A DNA stretch of 64,000 bases from IMG/VR virus record IMGVR_UViG_3300011008_002712. One strand, given 5' to 3'. Below the pieces are notes generated by a model that was given only the letters and a program-made list of their open reading frames with translations, was not told the DNA's origin and did no database searches. This document shows positions 21,436-30,895 of the stretch, piece by piece. The DNA comes from a virus (lineage: Duplodnaviria > Caudoviricetes). Position 1 is the stretch's first letter, and each line of letters begins with the position of its first letter. The translations under genes were made by a program, and so were the position numbers.

Positions 21436-21469
21436 ACAAAAACGGTAAAAATGAAAGGGGAAGATTGAC

Positions 21470-22423
21470 ATGGCTGCAAACTTTGAGAGTGGATTTGTTG
21501 TGAGAGAACCTGCATGGCACGGATTGGCAACGGTCATCAATGAGGCACCCACATCTGCGGATGCTCTTCGTATCGCTGGTCTTGATTGGAAGGTCCTTGT
21601 TGGAGATGCGTTCCTTCAGACTCAGGACGGCAAGATGGTCAAGACGGATCGCAAGATTACTTACCGCGACAGCGATGGTTCGGTTCTCGGATTTGTGTCT
21701 GACAAGTATTCGGTTGTCCAGAATGATGAAGCATTCTCATTCACCGACGAGCTGATTGCTACTGGCGAAGTTACTTACGAGAGTGCTGGTTCGCTGGATG
21801 GTGGTAAGAAAGTCTTCATGCTGGCGAATCTGCCGGAGACCAGCATCCTTGGAGATGCAGTTGTTCCCTACATGCTCTTCAGCAACAGCCATGATGGCAG
21901 TTCATCTGTGAGAGTAACAGCCACTCCTGTGAGAGTTGTCTGCGAAAATACGATGAATGCTGCCTTGCAGGGTGCAAAGAGAATCTGGTCCTTTGTACAT
22001 CGTGGCAATATCGACGAGAAGATTCATGAAGCGCAGGTTACTCTCCGCAACATGAAGGAGTACATGACCGAGCTGAACAAGGACGCAGAGCGCCTGGCAA
22101 AGATTACCATTTCTCCTTCCCAGATGCAGGATTATCTCAACAACATGTTCCCCATCGATGAGAACGATGACAATATCACCAAGCGGCGGGCAAAGAACAT
22201 GATCTATCTTCGTGAGATGTTTATGGGAAGATACAATGTCGACGATCTCGGAAATTTCCGTGGGACAGCTTGGGGACTTCTCAACGCAGCAAGCGATTTC
22301 ATCGGACATGTTCAGCCGGTACGCAAGACAAAGAATCACCAGGAAAAAGTAATGGAAGGATGGATGAACGGCAATAAATTCTTCGATACGACATACGATT
22401 ATATCAACTCTGTAGCAGCCTAA
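21470..22423 (+). CDS. DUF932 (TIGR03299 phage/plasmid-like) protein
   Basis: REPAWHGL, AGLDW.V, VQNDEAF, SAGSLDGG, NSHDGS, RVVCENT, GTAWGLLNA; GC-rich codons. Confidence 0.92.
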   Translation: MAANFESGFVVREPAWHGLATVINEAPTSADALRIAGLDWKVLVGDAFLQTQDGKMVKTDRKITYRDSDGSVLGFVSDKYSVVQNDEAFSFTDELIATGEVTYESAGSLDGGKKVFMLANLPETSILGDAVVPYMLFSNSHDGSSSVRVTATPVRVVCENTMNAALQGAKRIWSFVHRGNIDEKIHEAQVTLRNMKEYMTELNKDAERLAKITISPSQMQDYLNNMFPIDENDDNITKRRAKNMIYLREMFMGRYNVDDLGNFRGTAWGLLNAASDFIGHVQPVRKTKNHQEKVMEGWMNGNKFFDTTYDYINSVAA

Positions 22424-22433
22424 CAAAAAAGAC

Positions 22434-22459
22434 GAGGAGAGGCATCAAAACCTCTCCTC
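22434..22459 (+). terminator. GAGGAGA-stem hairpin
   Basis: GAGGAGAGG-catcaaaa-CCTCTCCTC just after the stop. Confidence 0.7.
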
Positions 22460-22593
22460 ATGAAAGGAGGATTTATCTAATATAATAAAATTAGAGACAA
22501 GTTTGTTCTGAATGAAATGGTGGAGAAAAAAATCTCCACCATTAATTCTTTTAGTTTGATTTTACATGAAGCATAAAATGTTTTAAAATTAAA

Positions 22594-23178
22594 ATGGAGG
22601 TGATAAAAATAATAGAAATTATTTGTACAATATGTGGTTTGATTCAGGGGTTGTTAATTCTTTTAAAGAGAAAAGAAAATTGGATTTTTTATTTGCTAAA
22701 CATTTCAACTCTTATTATTTATTCATTTTGCGCACATCTTTATGGAGATGTTATAGAAAATTGCATATATCTTACTATTGGAATTTTCGGAACATTCGCT
22801 TGGATGAATAATAAATTCGCTAAAAGATTCAATACTGAAAAAATTAGACACGCATCTAAAAATGAAAACATTGTCTTTCTTTTGGCAATATTAATTTTGT
22901 CAGCAATTACATACTGCTTGATTTTTAACAGCAATGACCCTCTTCCTTCCATGGATTCTATAACTACTGGGATGGGTTTTGTTGCTACTTTTATGATGGC
23001 ATGTAAAATTATAGAAACATGGATTGTGTGGTTTATTGATGACATTTTAATGTTATGTGTATATTTATCTTTACCAGAACCTGGATATGCATTAGCAATG
23101 TTGAATTTTGTTTGGATTTTTATGGCAATAGGAAGCTACATATCTTGGAAAAAGGAGATAGAATATGAAGAAGTATAA
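22594..23178 (+). CDS. pnuC: PnuC-family nucleoside/vitamin transporter
   Basis: Multi-TM; NWIF, LYGD, DSITT...ATFMMACKIIETWIVWFIDD signature. Confidence 0.85.
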   Translation: MEVIKIIEIICTICGLIQGLLILLKRKENWIFYLLNISTLIIYSFCAHLYGDVIENCIYLTIGIFGTFAWMNNKFAKRFNTEKIRHASKNENIVFLLAILILSAITYCLIFNSNDPLPSMDSITTGMGFVATFMMACKIIETWIVWFIDDILMLCVYLSLPEPGYALAMLNFVWIFMAIGSYISWKKEIEYEEV

Positions 23179-23995
23179 AGAGCTGGAAATCATTTTACCA
23201 TCATTTGATTGTGATAAACATTGCCCATATTGCACTGCTAAAACAACAAAATGGCCAGAGAAAAAAATATCAGTTGAAAAACTAAAAACATATATTAACA
23301 AAATGAGAGATAGTTTTTCATTTGTTTATCTTACTCTTGGTGGAAATGGTGAACCAACATTATATCCATTAGATACATTAGAAAAAATTGTAAAAATATT
23401 TGATGGTTATGACATTCCAATCAAAAGAGTCTTAACATCTGGAAACATTTTTAGAGACGAATCAAAAGCAAAACATGAAATGTTTATGAAACATGGATGG
23501 AAATTTGAAATAACTGCAGCATATACAAATATTGAAAATGATATGAAAGTTCTTGGATACGATCACAAATATTATCTTTCGGAAAGATTTAAAAAATCTC
23601 CAATAATGTTAAATTATGTTATGTTGAAGAATAATTTTGACATGATAATTGATGAAATTAATTATTGGGCAAATCATTTTAAAAACATCGAAACGATTTC
23701 ATGTAAATTACTGAATGTGAACACAAGAGAAAATGGCGAAAATAATCCAATTTCAAAATGGATTATTAAAAACGCAATACCAAAAACAGATAGAGAAAAA
23801 ATAAAAAATTTGCTAGATAAAAATTTTTATTTTATCAATCATGAATTTGATGCATTAAATTATAAGCATCCATCTGGAACTAACATTCATTTTTCTTGGA
23901 AAAATGGCACATATGGAATGCACGATCTTGTGTGGTATTGTGACGAATTTGTAGATTACCATTTGAATCACGTCGATCCGTTTGGAGGTAATTAA
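23165..23995 (+). CDS. radical SAM protein
   Basis: CDKHCPYC (CxxxCxxC) and GGNGEPT motifs. Confidence 0.88.
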   Translation: MKKYKELEIILPSFDCDKHCPYCTAKTTKWPEKKISVEKLKTYINKMRDSFSFVYLTLGGNGEPTLYPLDTLEKIVKIFDGYDIPIKRVLTSGNIFRDESKAKHEMFMKHGWKFEITAAYTNIENDMKVLGYDHKYYLSERFKKSPIMLNYVMLKNNFDMIIDEINYWANHFKNIETISCKLLNVNTRENGENNPISKWIIKNAIPKTDREKIKNLLDKNFYFINHEFDALNYKHPSGTNIHFSWKNGTYGMHDLVWYCDEFVDYHLNHVDPFGGN

Positions 23996-23997
23996 TC

Positions 23998-24507
23998 ATG
24001 AATGTGTACATTGGAGGAAGTTTTTATAAAAATGGTAATTCGTTGAACGATGATTTCAGAGCAGAACTTCTCGGATGAGAACATATTTTATGGAACGAAA
24101 ATGAAGATGCTAAAGTAACTATCTTTGGAAAAGAAATGAAATATATTGGCCCGTTTTTCTATTATCCAAAAAAAGAAAAAGAATTGAAAAAAAATGGAAT
24201 GAAAGATCATGAAATAATTGTGCATATTGAAAAAAAAGCAATAGAAGAATGTAATTTATTTGTCGCTTATTTAGGAACAAAATCTTCTCTAGGTACTGTA
24301 GCCGAACTAATTCATGCAGCAAATTTTGGAAAAAACATATGTTTGTTTTATCTTGCTGGGAAAAATGAGAAAGCATTAAAATCTGAATATTGGTTTCCCA
24401 TTATCATGGCAAGAGAAATAGCGAAAGATAAACATTCAAAATTTATTATGAAAGAAGTAGATAATGCTAGCGAGTTTATTTATTTTTTAAAAAATAACAC
24501 GTTTTAA
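23998..24507 (+). pseudogene. nucleoside 2-deoxyribosyltransferase-like protein with in-frame TGA at 24076-24078
   Basis: RBS GGAGG, MNVYIGGSF start, in frame with ...AIEECNLFVAYL...SLGTVAELIHA (NDT/Rcl-type motif). Confidence 0.65.
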
Positions 24508-24512
24508 AGAAG

Positions 24513-25169
24513 GTGAAACTTATGATATGGTTGTTATATTTTCCTTTGATGTGTATCATCATGGTTGTATGTTATCTAACTAATCCCATTGTTGTTCTAT
24601 TCTGTGACGAAAATGGAGAACTTCCTGGATTTTTAAAGTATTGGCAGACGTGGGATGATTCTTGTGACAGCAGATATATGATGACATCTGTTATTCCAAA
24701 GTCCAAGCTATTGTCATGGTTAGATTATGGATGGGCTGAAAAGTACGATTGGTACTATGATGATTCAGACGGACTAAAAGAACTTGGATGCATCAGAGAA
24801 AGAACAAAATTAAAAGATGGTGTTAGTTTTTCTGTAGCTGAAAGATTCAAGCGATATGTCTGCAGAACACTTTGGCTTACAAGGAATTGCGCTTATGGAT
24901 TTGCATTTTGGGTATTTGGTCGTGATGGAAAAATTGAAGACCTTGTATTCCACAAACGTATAGAAGAATCTGAATTCAATGAACATGTAGATGTAAGAGA
25001 AGATAAAGAAAGACTTTCTACTCGTAAATGGTCTCTTAGATTCTACAAACATGTAGTAGGTCCTTTGTATATTACAGGCTATCTTGGATGGAAGATACCA
25101 TTCTGGAAAGAATCTGGAAAGTATCATGCAATGATTGCTAATCGAATCGTGCCTCGGTTCAAATTATAA
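24513..25169 (+). CDS. Trp-rich phage membrane-associated protein
   Basis: Hydrophobic N-terminus; WQTWDD and WLTRNCAYGF motifs. Confidence 0.8.
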   Translation: MKLMIWLLYFPLMCIIMVVCYLTNPIVVLFCDENGELPGFLKYWQTWDDSCDSRYMMTSVIPKSKLLSWLDYGWAEKYDWYYDDSDGLKELGCIRERTKLKDGVSFSVAERFKRYVCRTLWLTRNCAYGFAFWVFGRDGKIEDLVFHKRIEESEFNEHVDVREDKERLSTRKWSLRFYKHVVGPLYITGYLGWKIPFWKESGKYHAMIANRIVPRFKL

Positions 25170-25359
25170 AATGCCTATAAAGGAGAGAATTTTCTCTCCT
25201 TTTTTGATTTATTTGAAAAAATGTCATCTCCAGAACCTTGACAGGTGTATCGTATGAGCAAACGTATAGATTTATATTGACATTAAAAAAATAATCATCA
25301 GAGTGCATATTCTACATAGAACCTTATCGTGAAAGGATTTGTATGATTTTTTGAATATG

Positions 25360-25410
25360 CTATTTACATTTATGTTATTCTATGGTAGAATAGAATCAAG
25401 AGGTAAGGAA
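25360..25410 (+). promoter_or_regulatory. repeated early promoter module
   Basis: CTATTTACATT...GTTATTCTATGGTAGAATAGAATCAAGAGGTAAGGAA; near-identical at 26650 and 27060. Confidence 0.85.
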
Positions 25411-25423
25411 GGAGTGGATATAA

Positions 25424-25750
25424 ATGAAGGGTGTATCTTCTAAGAATTTCAGCGTATTTAATCGTGATAAAGTGTTGACGTCTGAATATAGTTTGATCAC
25501 CGTAGATCGTGACTGGGCTGAAATGCCAAAAATTAGATGCATGACGAATCCCAAGACCAAACGCATTGAGCAGATTCGCACAATGCTTATAACATCTGAG
25601 CGTACTGGCGCCACTACAATCTGGCACTTCAGCAATAGAATCAATGATAACAATGGTGAATTTTTTTACGATGAATTCATTCCGTCAAACAAAACATTGA
25701 AAGATTTTCCGCAGTTGAAAGGATATATCTTGATGATATATAATGATTAA
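25424..25750 (+). CDS. early hypothetical protein (paralog of 26728..27045)
   Basis: Both start MKGVSS and end ...L.GY.....ND. Confidence 0.85.
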   Translation: MKGVSSKNFSVFNRDKVLTSEYSLITVDRDWAEMPKIRCMTNPKTKRIEQIRTMLITSERTGATTIWHFSNRINDNNGEFFYDEFIPSNKTLKDFPQLKGYILMIYND

Positions 25751-25813
25751 ATTTTATTTACAATTGATTAATGTCGTGGTATAATTTGATCAAAAGTTTA
25801 TGAGGTTAAGAAT

Positions 25814-25984
25814 ATGACAGTCAGAGAATTATACGAATGGGCAAAGAAGAATAACGCATTGGATTTTGACATAGAAATTCAACACCGTGATGGTGGAGGC
25901 TATTATGCAGGAGTAGATGACTGTGATCCTGAAATCTGCTACGGAGAAGAATCTTATCATACTGAAAAAGTTGTATTGCTTTAA
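25814..25984 (+). CDS. small hypothetical protein (56 aa)
   Basis: Not in the ORF track; RBS GAGG, MTVRELYEWAKK...KVVLL*, promoter-like TGGTATAAT upstream. Confidence 0.7.
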   Translation: MTVRELYEWAKKNNALDFDIEIQHRDGGGYYAGVDDCDPEICYGEESYHTEKVVLL

Positions 25985-26044
25985 ATAATGCTGAATAACA
26001 TGGTAGAATAGACTCAAGATGTAAAAGAGTGTAAAAATGAAAGG

Positions 26045-26542
26045 ATGATTGAAATGTTGGATATGCACAACGAATATTTCCGTAATATGAAGCTTTTGCT
26101 TTGTGACTGGCAGAAGAAAAAGGATGACATTTTCCAAAAGAAGAAGGAAATTATCTATAAATTTGGTTATGACAGCAAAGAATATGAAGCTTGGTACGAT
26201 GAGAACAAGGCATCGATTTTCCCTTTCTCTTCAGGCGCAAGTAAAGCATATCACGCATACAACAAGAGTGTCGAAATGAAGCAGAAGTACCTCACTATTG
26301 ACACGGCTCTCATTGCAGAAGAGGTGAAAGATTTTATCGACACACTTCGTACTGCAGGTATCGAGAGTTTTGTATACACCAGTTCTTCCAGCTCTGCAAT
26401 GGAAAACATGCATGACCTTGCAGCAAATGGATGCACCATGGTCGATTTGTTCACGGTTGAATCGTATAGTAACAAAACGGGACAACAATGCCAGAAATTG
26501 TCAAAGGCGTTCGTTTTATCATCGACTAATATTGAAACATAA
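26045..26542 (+). CDS. hypothetical protein of Firmicutes mobile elements
   Basis: EVKDFIDTLRTAGIESFVYTSSSS motif; C-terminus possibly frameshifted (alternative frame PEIVKGVRFIID*). Confidence 0.75.
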   Translation: MIEMLDMHNEYFRNMKLLLCDWQKKKDDIFQKKKEIIYKFGYDSKEYEAWYDENKASIFPFSSGASKAYHAYNKSVEMKQKYLTIDTALIAEEVKDFIDTLRTAGIESFVYTSSSSSAMENMHDLAANGCTMVDLFTVESYSNKTGQQCQKLSKAFVLSSTNIET

Positions 26543-26649
26543 CACAAAAGAGGAGACAAATATCTCCTCTTTTTTACGTATATAAATCCATTTATGTTTG
26601 CACAAAGGCGTTCTGTCAAGGCCTGATGAGGAAAAATTTTTTTGAATAG

Positions 26650-26694
26650 CTATTTACATTTCTGTTATTCTATGGTAGAATAGAATCAAGAGGT
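26650..26694 (+). promoter_or_regulatory. repeated early promoter module
   Basis: Near-identical to the 25360 module. Confidence 0.85.
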
Positions 26695-26727
26695 GGAAAG
26701 GTAAGGAAATGAAAGGAGCAGATAAGT

Positions 26728-27045
26728 ATGAAAGGTGTATCTTCCAACATTTTCACAGTGAACAATTCTAAAAAGAGTTTGGTGGCTGAGATGTCTACAA
26801 TCGCCTGCGACCCGAATTTCAACGAAATGCAAAAGACAAGGATCAATGAAAATTCTCAAATAAATGAAATCTTGGTAATCACTTCTCATAAGACTGGTGT
26901 CAATGCAATCTTTGACCATGTCAAGACAGAAAGAGACTTTGCTGGCGAAGGTGAAATACTTTACATGGTGTACGAACCTTCTCCTGATACCCTCCGGCGG
27001 TTGCCAAACCTGGCAGGATATACAGTGACAGTTTTCAACGACTAA
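26728..27045 (+). CDS. early hypothetical protein (paralog of 25424..25750)
   Basis: Collinear similarity over the full length. Confidence 0.85.
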   Translation: MKGVSSNIFTVNNSKKSLVAEMSTIACDPNFNEMQKTRINENSQINEILVITSHKTGVNAIFDHVKTERDFAGEGEILYMVYEPSPDTLRRLPNLAGYTVTVFND

Positions 27046-27059
27046 AAAAATCAAAAAAA

Positions 27060-27214
27060 CTATTTACATTTGAGTTATTCTATGGTAGAATAGAATCAAG
27101 AGGTAAGGAAGGAATAGAGAGGAGGTGATAAACACAAAAGTTTTTCAAAAAAATTTTCGAACAGGCTATTTACAATAGCTAAAGAATATGGTATAATCTA
27201 ATCAAGAGGTAAGG
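27060..27214 (+). promoter_or_regulatory. tandem promoter pair with an orphan Shine-Dalgarno between them
   Basis: CTATTTACA at 27060 and 27166; GGAGGTGA at 27121 has no start codon behind it. Confidence 0.8.
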
Positions 27215-27231
27215 CAAGGCCTCTAAAAAAT

Positions 27232-28047
27232 GTGATGAAAAGAAAGGAAATGATGACAATGACGATTACGAACAACGCTATTAAGATGATGAACAACGGT
27301 GTAGGTCGTTGCCCGCATTGCAAGAAGTTCTTTGGGACCAAGAAGCTCAGCGAAGAAACGCTGGCTTTGGTAAATAAGTTTGGTGTATGCCCCGCATGCA
27401 TCAAGGAAATGAATCTTGAGGAGGAAAAGAGTATGGAAAATGTTCAGGAAATTCAGGCGGCAGATGTTGAGCAGAGCGAAGTCAAGGAAGCTGAGGTTGT
27501 GACCGCAGAGGCCGAAGTCAAGGAAAAGAAGGTTGCAAAGAAGGAGCGCCCCAACACGGTCATTGTACCCGAAGATGGTGATGACAGGCTCATCATTGCT
27601 GGACCGCGCGGTGTGACGAAGCATCAGATGATTCCCGCTATCGTCAGGAACATTGAGAATCCCGAAAACATCAAGCGCCTTGCTGATGAATATCCCGCAA
27701 CTTTCACCGGCTCTCTGCGGTATGTCAAGAAGAACATCCGCGATGCTGTCGCTGCAATCATCGGCGACATTGACAACGACACTGTCGATGAAGAGAAGTT
27801 TGCTCTTCTCCAGATTCTCAAGCCTGAGCGCAAGGGTGTAACGTATCATCAGGTTATCCCTGCTCTTGAGAATGCAGCCGAAAACGGTGATTATGCAATG
27901 ATCAACAAGATCAAAAAGTACTTCCCTGAGCAGTTCCGCGGAAGTCTGAAGTACATGGCCAAGAAGTACCATGACGCTCTCGAGACTGCAATGAAGATGG
28001 AGACCAACGAGGAAGTGTCTATCAAGAAGATGGCAGCACGGGCATAA
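27232..28047 (+). CDS. early protein: Zn finger, acidic linker and two novel helical repeats
   Basis: CPHC...CPAC; repeats GVT.HQ.IPA...(Y/F)P..F.GSL.Y; GC-rich codons. Confidence 0.88.
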   Translation: MMKRKEMMTMTITNNAIKMMNNGVGRCPHCKKFFGTKKLSEETLALVNKFGVCPACIKEMNLEEEKSMENVQEIQAADVEQSEVKEAEVVTAEAEVKEKKVAKKERPNTVIVPEDGDDRLIIAGPRGVTKHQMIPAIVRNIENPENIKRLADEYPATFTGSLRYVKKNIRDAVAAIIGDIDNDTVDEEKFALLQILKPERKGVTYHQVIPALENAAENGDYAMINKIKKYFPEQFRGSLKYMAKKYHDALETAMKMETNEEVSIKKMAARA

Positions 28048-28063
28048 GAAAGGAGGCATGGCG

Positions 28064-28090
28064 GAGGAGAGGCAAACAAAGTCTCTCCTC
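28064..28090 (+). terminator. GAGGAGA-stem terminator
   Basis: GAGGAGAGGC-aaacaaa-GTCTCTCCTC followed by TTT. Confidence 0.7.
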
Positions 28091-28098
28091 TTTAATTT

Positions 28099-28812
28099 AT
28101 GAAGCAATATACTGTAGAGCAATACATAAATCACCATAAAATTGCAGAAGCAAATGACTGCAAATATTATGCAATGCAGGAAATTATTGAAAGCATATAC
28201 GAAGGCGTTGTAAGGCGAGTATCTTCAAATGAATATATCACAACAGAATATGATTTGTTAAATCCTGAAGAAAATGGTATCATCATGTCTCCTCAGGTAT
28301 CGAAGTACAAATTGTATCATGAAAATGCGATTGAGTATATTAGAACACATCCGTTTTATGAAATAGATAATGATTCAATTGTTATTCAGAAGCCATATAG
28401 TCATGTTAATGATGGGCGAAATGGTGTTCTTATCTGGAGAAAGAATGAAGAGACATTTTTTGATATCAACGGAAAACGACTGGCTATAAGCTTTTCATTT
28501 GAAGGAATTAATGATGAATATTACGATATTGAAAAGACAGTTGATTTCCTGTCCAAACGGAATGACATCAAATTCCTCGATAACAACGCTCCTAAAAGAG
28601 CACAAGTAAATAACCACATTTACAAACTGCGATATGATGATGAGCTTTATGTCGTTCCGGTTTTATGGACTCCCACACAAGAAGAATTTGATAAGATGCT
28701 TGATTTTTTCGACAACGAAGAATACATTGACATACATAAGTTGTTCAACAATTTTATAGGAATAGGAAAATTCATATCACATAAATATAGACTGGAGGTT
28801 GAGAACTACTAG
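28099..28812 (+). CDS. hypothetical protein
   Basis: 237-aa ORF. Confidence 0.75.
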   Translation: MKQYTVEQYINHHKIAEANDCKYYAMQEIIESIYEGVVRRVSSNEYITTEYDLLNPEENGIIMSPQVSKYKLYHENAIEYIRTHPFYEIDNDSIVIQKPYSHVNDGRNGVLIWRKNEETFFDINGKRLAISFSFEGINDEYYDIEKTVDFLSKRNDIKFLDNNAPKRAQVNNHIYKLRYDDELYVVPVLWTPTQEEFDKMLDFFDNEEYIDIHKLFNNFIGIGKFISHKYRLEVENY

Positions 28813-28960
28813 TAGTTGCTACTCTAAAATAACAAAGCCCTACTCCGTACAGTAGTGGGGCTTTTAATGTTTATTCATAAATATCATTTTTCTGAATTTA
28901 ACCGTATACATTATTTATGTTTTTTGATAAAATAATTATGCATAGAAAGTTTGCAAAAAC

Positions 28961-29440
28961 ATGTTTGCAGAAGGAGATATATTCATGAAGAAAAAAATGA
29001 TTAAGTTCATAAATAAAGATAACTCAAAAACACATATTGAATTGGACAGAAAAGACAATATCATATATGTTAAGTTTTATGAGTTGGACAAAATCTTTGA
29101 ACACAAACAAAATGACATATTTCCTTTTAATATAACTTTTATATGTGAATATAGTCAATTTGATATTTTTTATGGATTGAATAACCCATTTATAAAAATG
29201 ATAATTAGCATTCATCAACCAGATACGACAGACGCATCACTATATTACATAAATGTAAGTAAATATATGCGTACATTGAACATTGATGATATTGAACTGA
29301 TACATAAACCAACAAATAATTCAATCAGCAAAAAAACGAATAAACAAGTTGTTGACTATATTCAACAAGATTTTATTACACATGTAAAAAAATATGTATT
29401 AAGTTTTCAAGAAATTATGACTATGTATAAGGGGTTATGA
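28961..29440 (+). CDS. hypothetical protein, GL-tail group
   Basis: Ends IMTMYKGL*; likely start MKKKM after AGGAG. Confidence 0.8.
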   Translation: MFAEGDIFMKKKMIKFINKDNSKTHIELDRKDNIIYVKFYELDKIFEHKQNDIFPFNITFICEYSQFDIFYGLNNPFIKMIISIHQPDTTDASLYYINVSKYMRTLNIDDIELIHKPTNNSISKKTNKQVVDYIQQDFITHVKKYVLSFQEIMTMYKGL

Positions 29441-29805
29441 TGGAAAAAATTATCAATTGTAATTTGATTATACAAGATGATCCTGTTTATCTAATCAAAT
29501 TAAAACAAATAAATTTTTATTTAAGCATTGCAGATAAAAATACTAAATATATTAGAGGCAGGAATGTCATTAATGAATTAGCATTTTGTTTTATTATGAG
29601 ACTTATGATTTCTTCCAGTTGCGATTATAACAAAATGTTCCTTGATATAATGCATTGGCCGTTGAATGCAAATAATTTTATCGAAAATTATGAATTCAAC
29701 CCAACTCTTCTGGAAGATCAAATAATACTAAAACATAAAGAATTTTTTATTAAAAACATAGATGATTTTTTTAAAAAATCATGTGTTGAAATGATAGGAC
29801 TATGA
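29437..29805 (+). CDS. hypothetical protein, GL-tail group
   Basis: Ends SCVEMIGL*. Confidence 0.8.
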   Translation: MMEKIINCNLIIQDDPVYLIKLKQINFYLSIADKNTKYIRGRNVINELAFCFIMRLMISSSCDYNKMFLDIMHWPLNANNFIENYEFNPTLLEDQIILKHKEFFIKNIDDFFKKSCVEMIGL

Positions 29806-29817
29806 AAGGAGAATAAG

Positions 29818-30771
29818 ATGGAAGTTCCTCAATTGGTTGTCAATCCTTCTCATTTATTTCCTGATGAGTATTATCAAATAACAAACATATCTGATGATAT
29901 GCAATCATACGATTTTATGGGATTTAAAGGGTTATCTGTTAAAAATACATGGGCTGCTAATATTATTAGAGACAGATTGGACAAAACATATTATGATAAT
30001 TTAGATTATGAATTGACAAGTGATGACTTAGATCTTCAAGACATGGCTTGCATTGCTGAAGGTATTGTAGAAATAGATCATGATCTAATGAGCATACCAA
30101 ATGATATTATACCAACACGTCCAGAATTGAGAGGATTAGACTGGGACGAATTGATAAGATTAAGCAAGGGAGAAAAAGATATGACTAAAGAAGAAATAGA
30201 TCAATATGTAATGGAAACTTATAAATTGAATTTTGATAGTATTAAAAAAGATAATGAAGTAGTAAAAAGGCATGAATTTATTGCTTCTGAATTAGAAAAA
30301 ATGAATATCAAAGAAGAAAAAGAGTCAATAGAATTCAACCAAAAAGAATTAGAAGAAATTGCTCAAATGCCCAAACCAGATGAAGGTCAAATCAATTCTC
30401 AAGAACAAAAAAATGAATATATCAAACAAAAAGAAGAAAAACTAATTGATAAAGAAGTAGATTTATTGGAAGGCATTAATCTTGAAGAAATAAAAAATGA
30501 TATCATTAAAAATGGCGGAGATATTAATGACATAAATAATTATATGTCGTTCTCTTTGTTTTTTACTAATTTGCTTGGCGAAGATGAATTTGATAAAAAT
30601 AAAACAACTATCAAAGATTATGTACGAAAAATATGCATGCAGCTATGCATTGAATTTAAAAATAAAAAAGTATATAAGGGTGTATTGAAATTTATAGCAT
30701 TGGAGTTAAATAGAAGACACATGCTAAATAATCCTATTTTTGGAGAAGATATCGATGGAGCGGCAAGATGA
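29818..30771 (+). CDS. acidic hypothetical protein
   Basis: 317-aa ORF, RBS AGGAG. Confidence 0.8.
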   Translation: MEVPQLVVNPSHLFPDEYYQITNISDDMQSYDFMGFKGLSVKNTWAANIIRDRLDKTYYDNLDYELTSDDLDLQDMACIAEGIVEIDHDLMSIPNDIIPTRPELRGLDWDELIRLSKGEKDMTKEEIDQYVMETYKLNFDSIKKDNEVVKRHEFIASELEKMNIKEEKESIEFNQKELEEIAQMPKPDEGQINSQEQKNEYIKQKEEKLIDKEVDLLEGINLEEIKNDIIKNGGDINDINNYMSFSLFFTNLLGEDEFDKNKTTIKDYVRKICMQLCIEFKNKKVYKGVLKFIALELNRRHMLNNPIFGEDIDGAAR

Positions 30772-30895
30772 AATAGATTTATGGATTGAAACGCAAGATG
30801 AAATGCTAAAAAGATTAAATGAAGAAATCTATCAATTAATCACGGACGGCTTTAATGACGACAAAAAAGAGGAGTAGATAATACTCCTCTTTTTA

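Noticed and set aside
18111-24507. Genome-wide TGA recoding suggested by two in-frame TGA codons
   Set aside because: Many genes end in TGA with ATGA overlaps, long genes read through under code 11, a third interruption is TAA, and no suppressor tRNA is in the window.
25360-27214. Repeated ~50-bp units as a CRISPR array or integron attC sites
   Set aside because: Spacing is irregular and gene-sized, the units are -35/-10 promoters without attC-like dyad symmetry, and no cas or integrase gene is present.
27223-28137. 304-aa minus-strand ORF, and similar antisense ORFs such as 21902..22426, 44385..44765 and 26686..27054
   Set aside because: These are shadows of codon-biased genes on the opposite strand, with no RBS or motif support.
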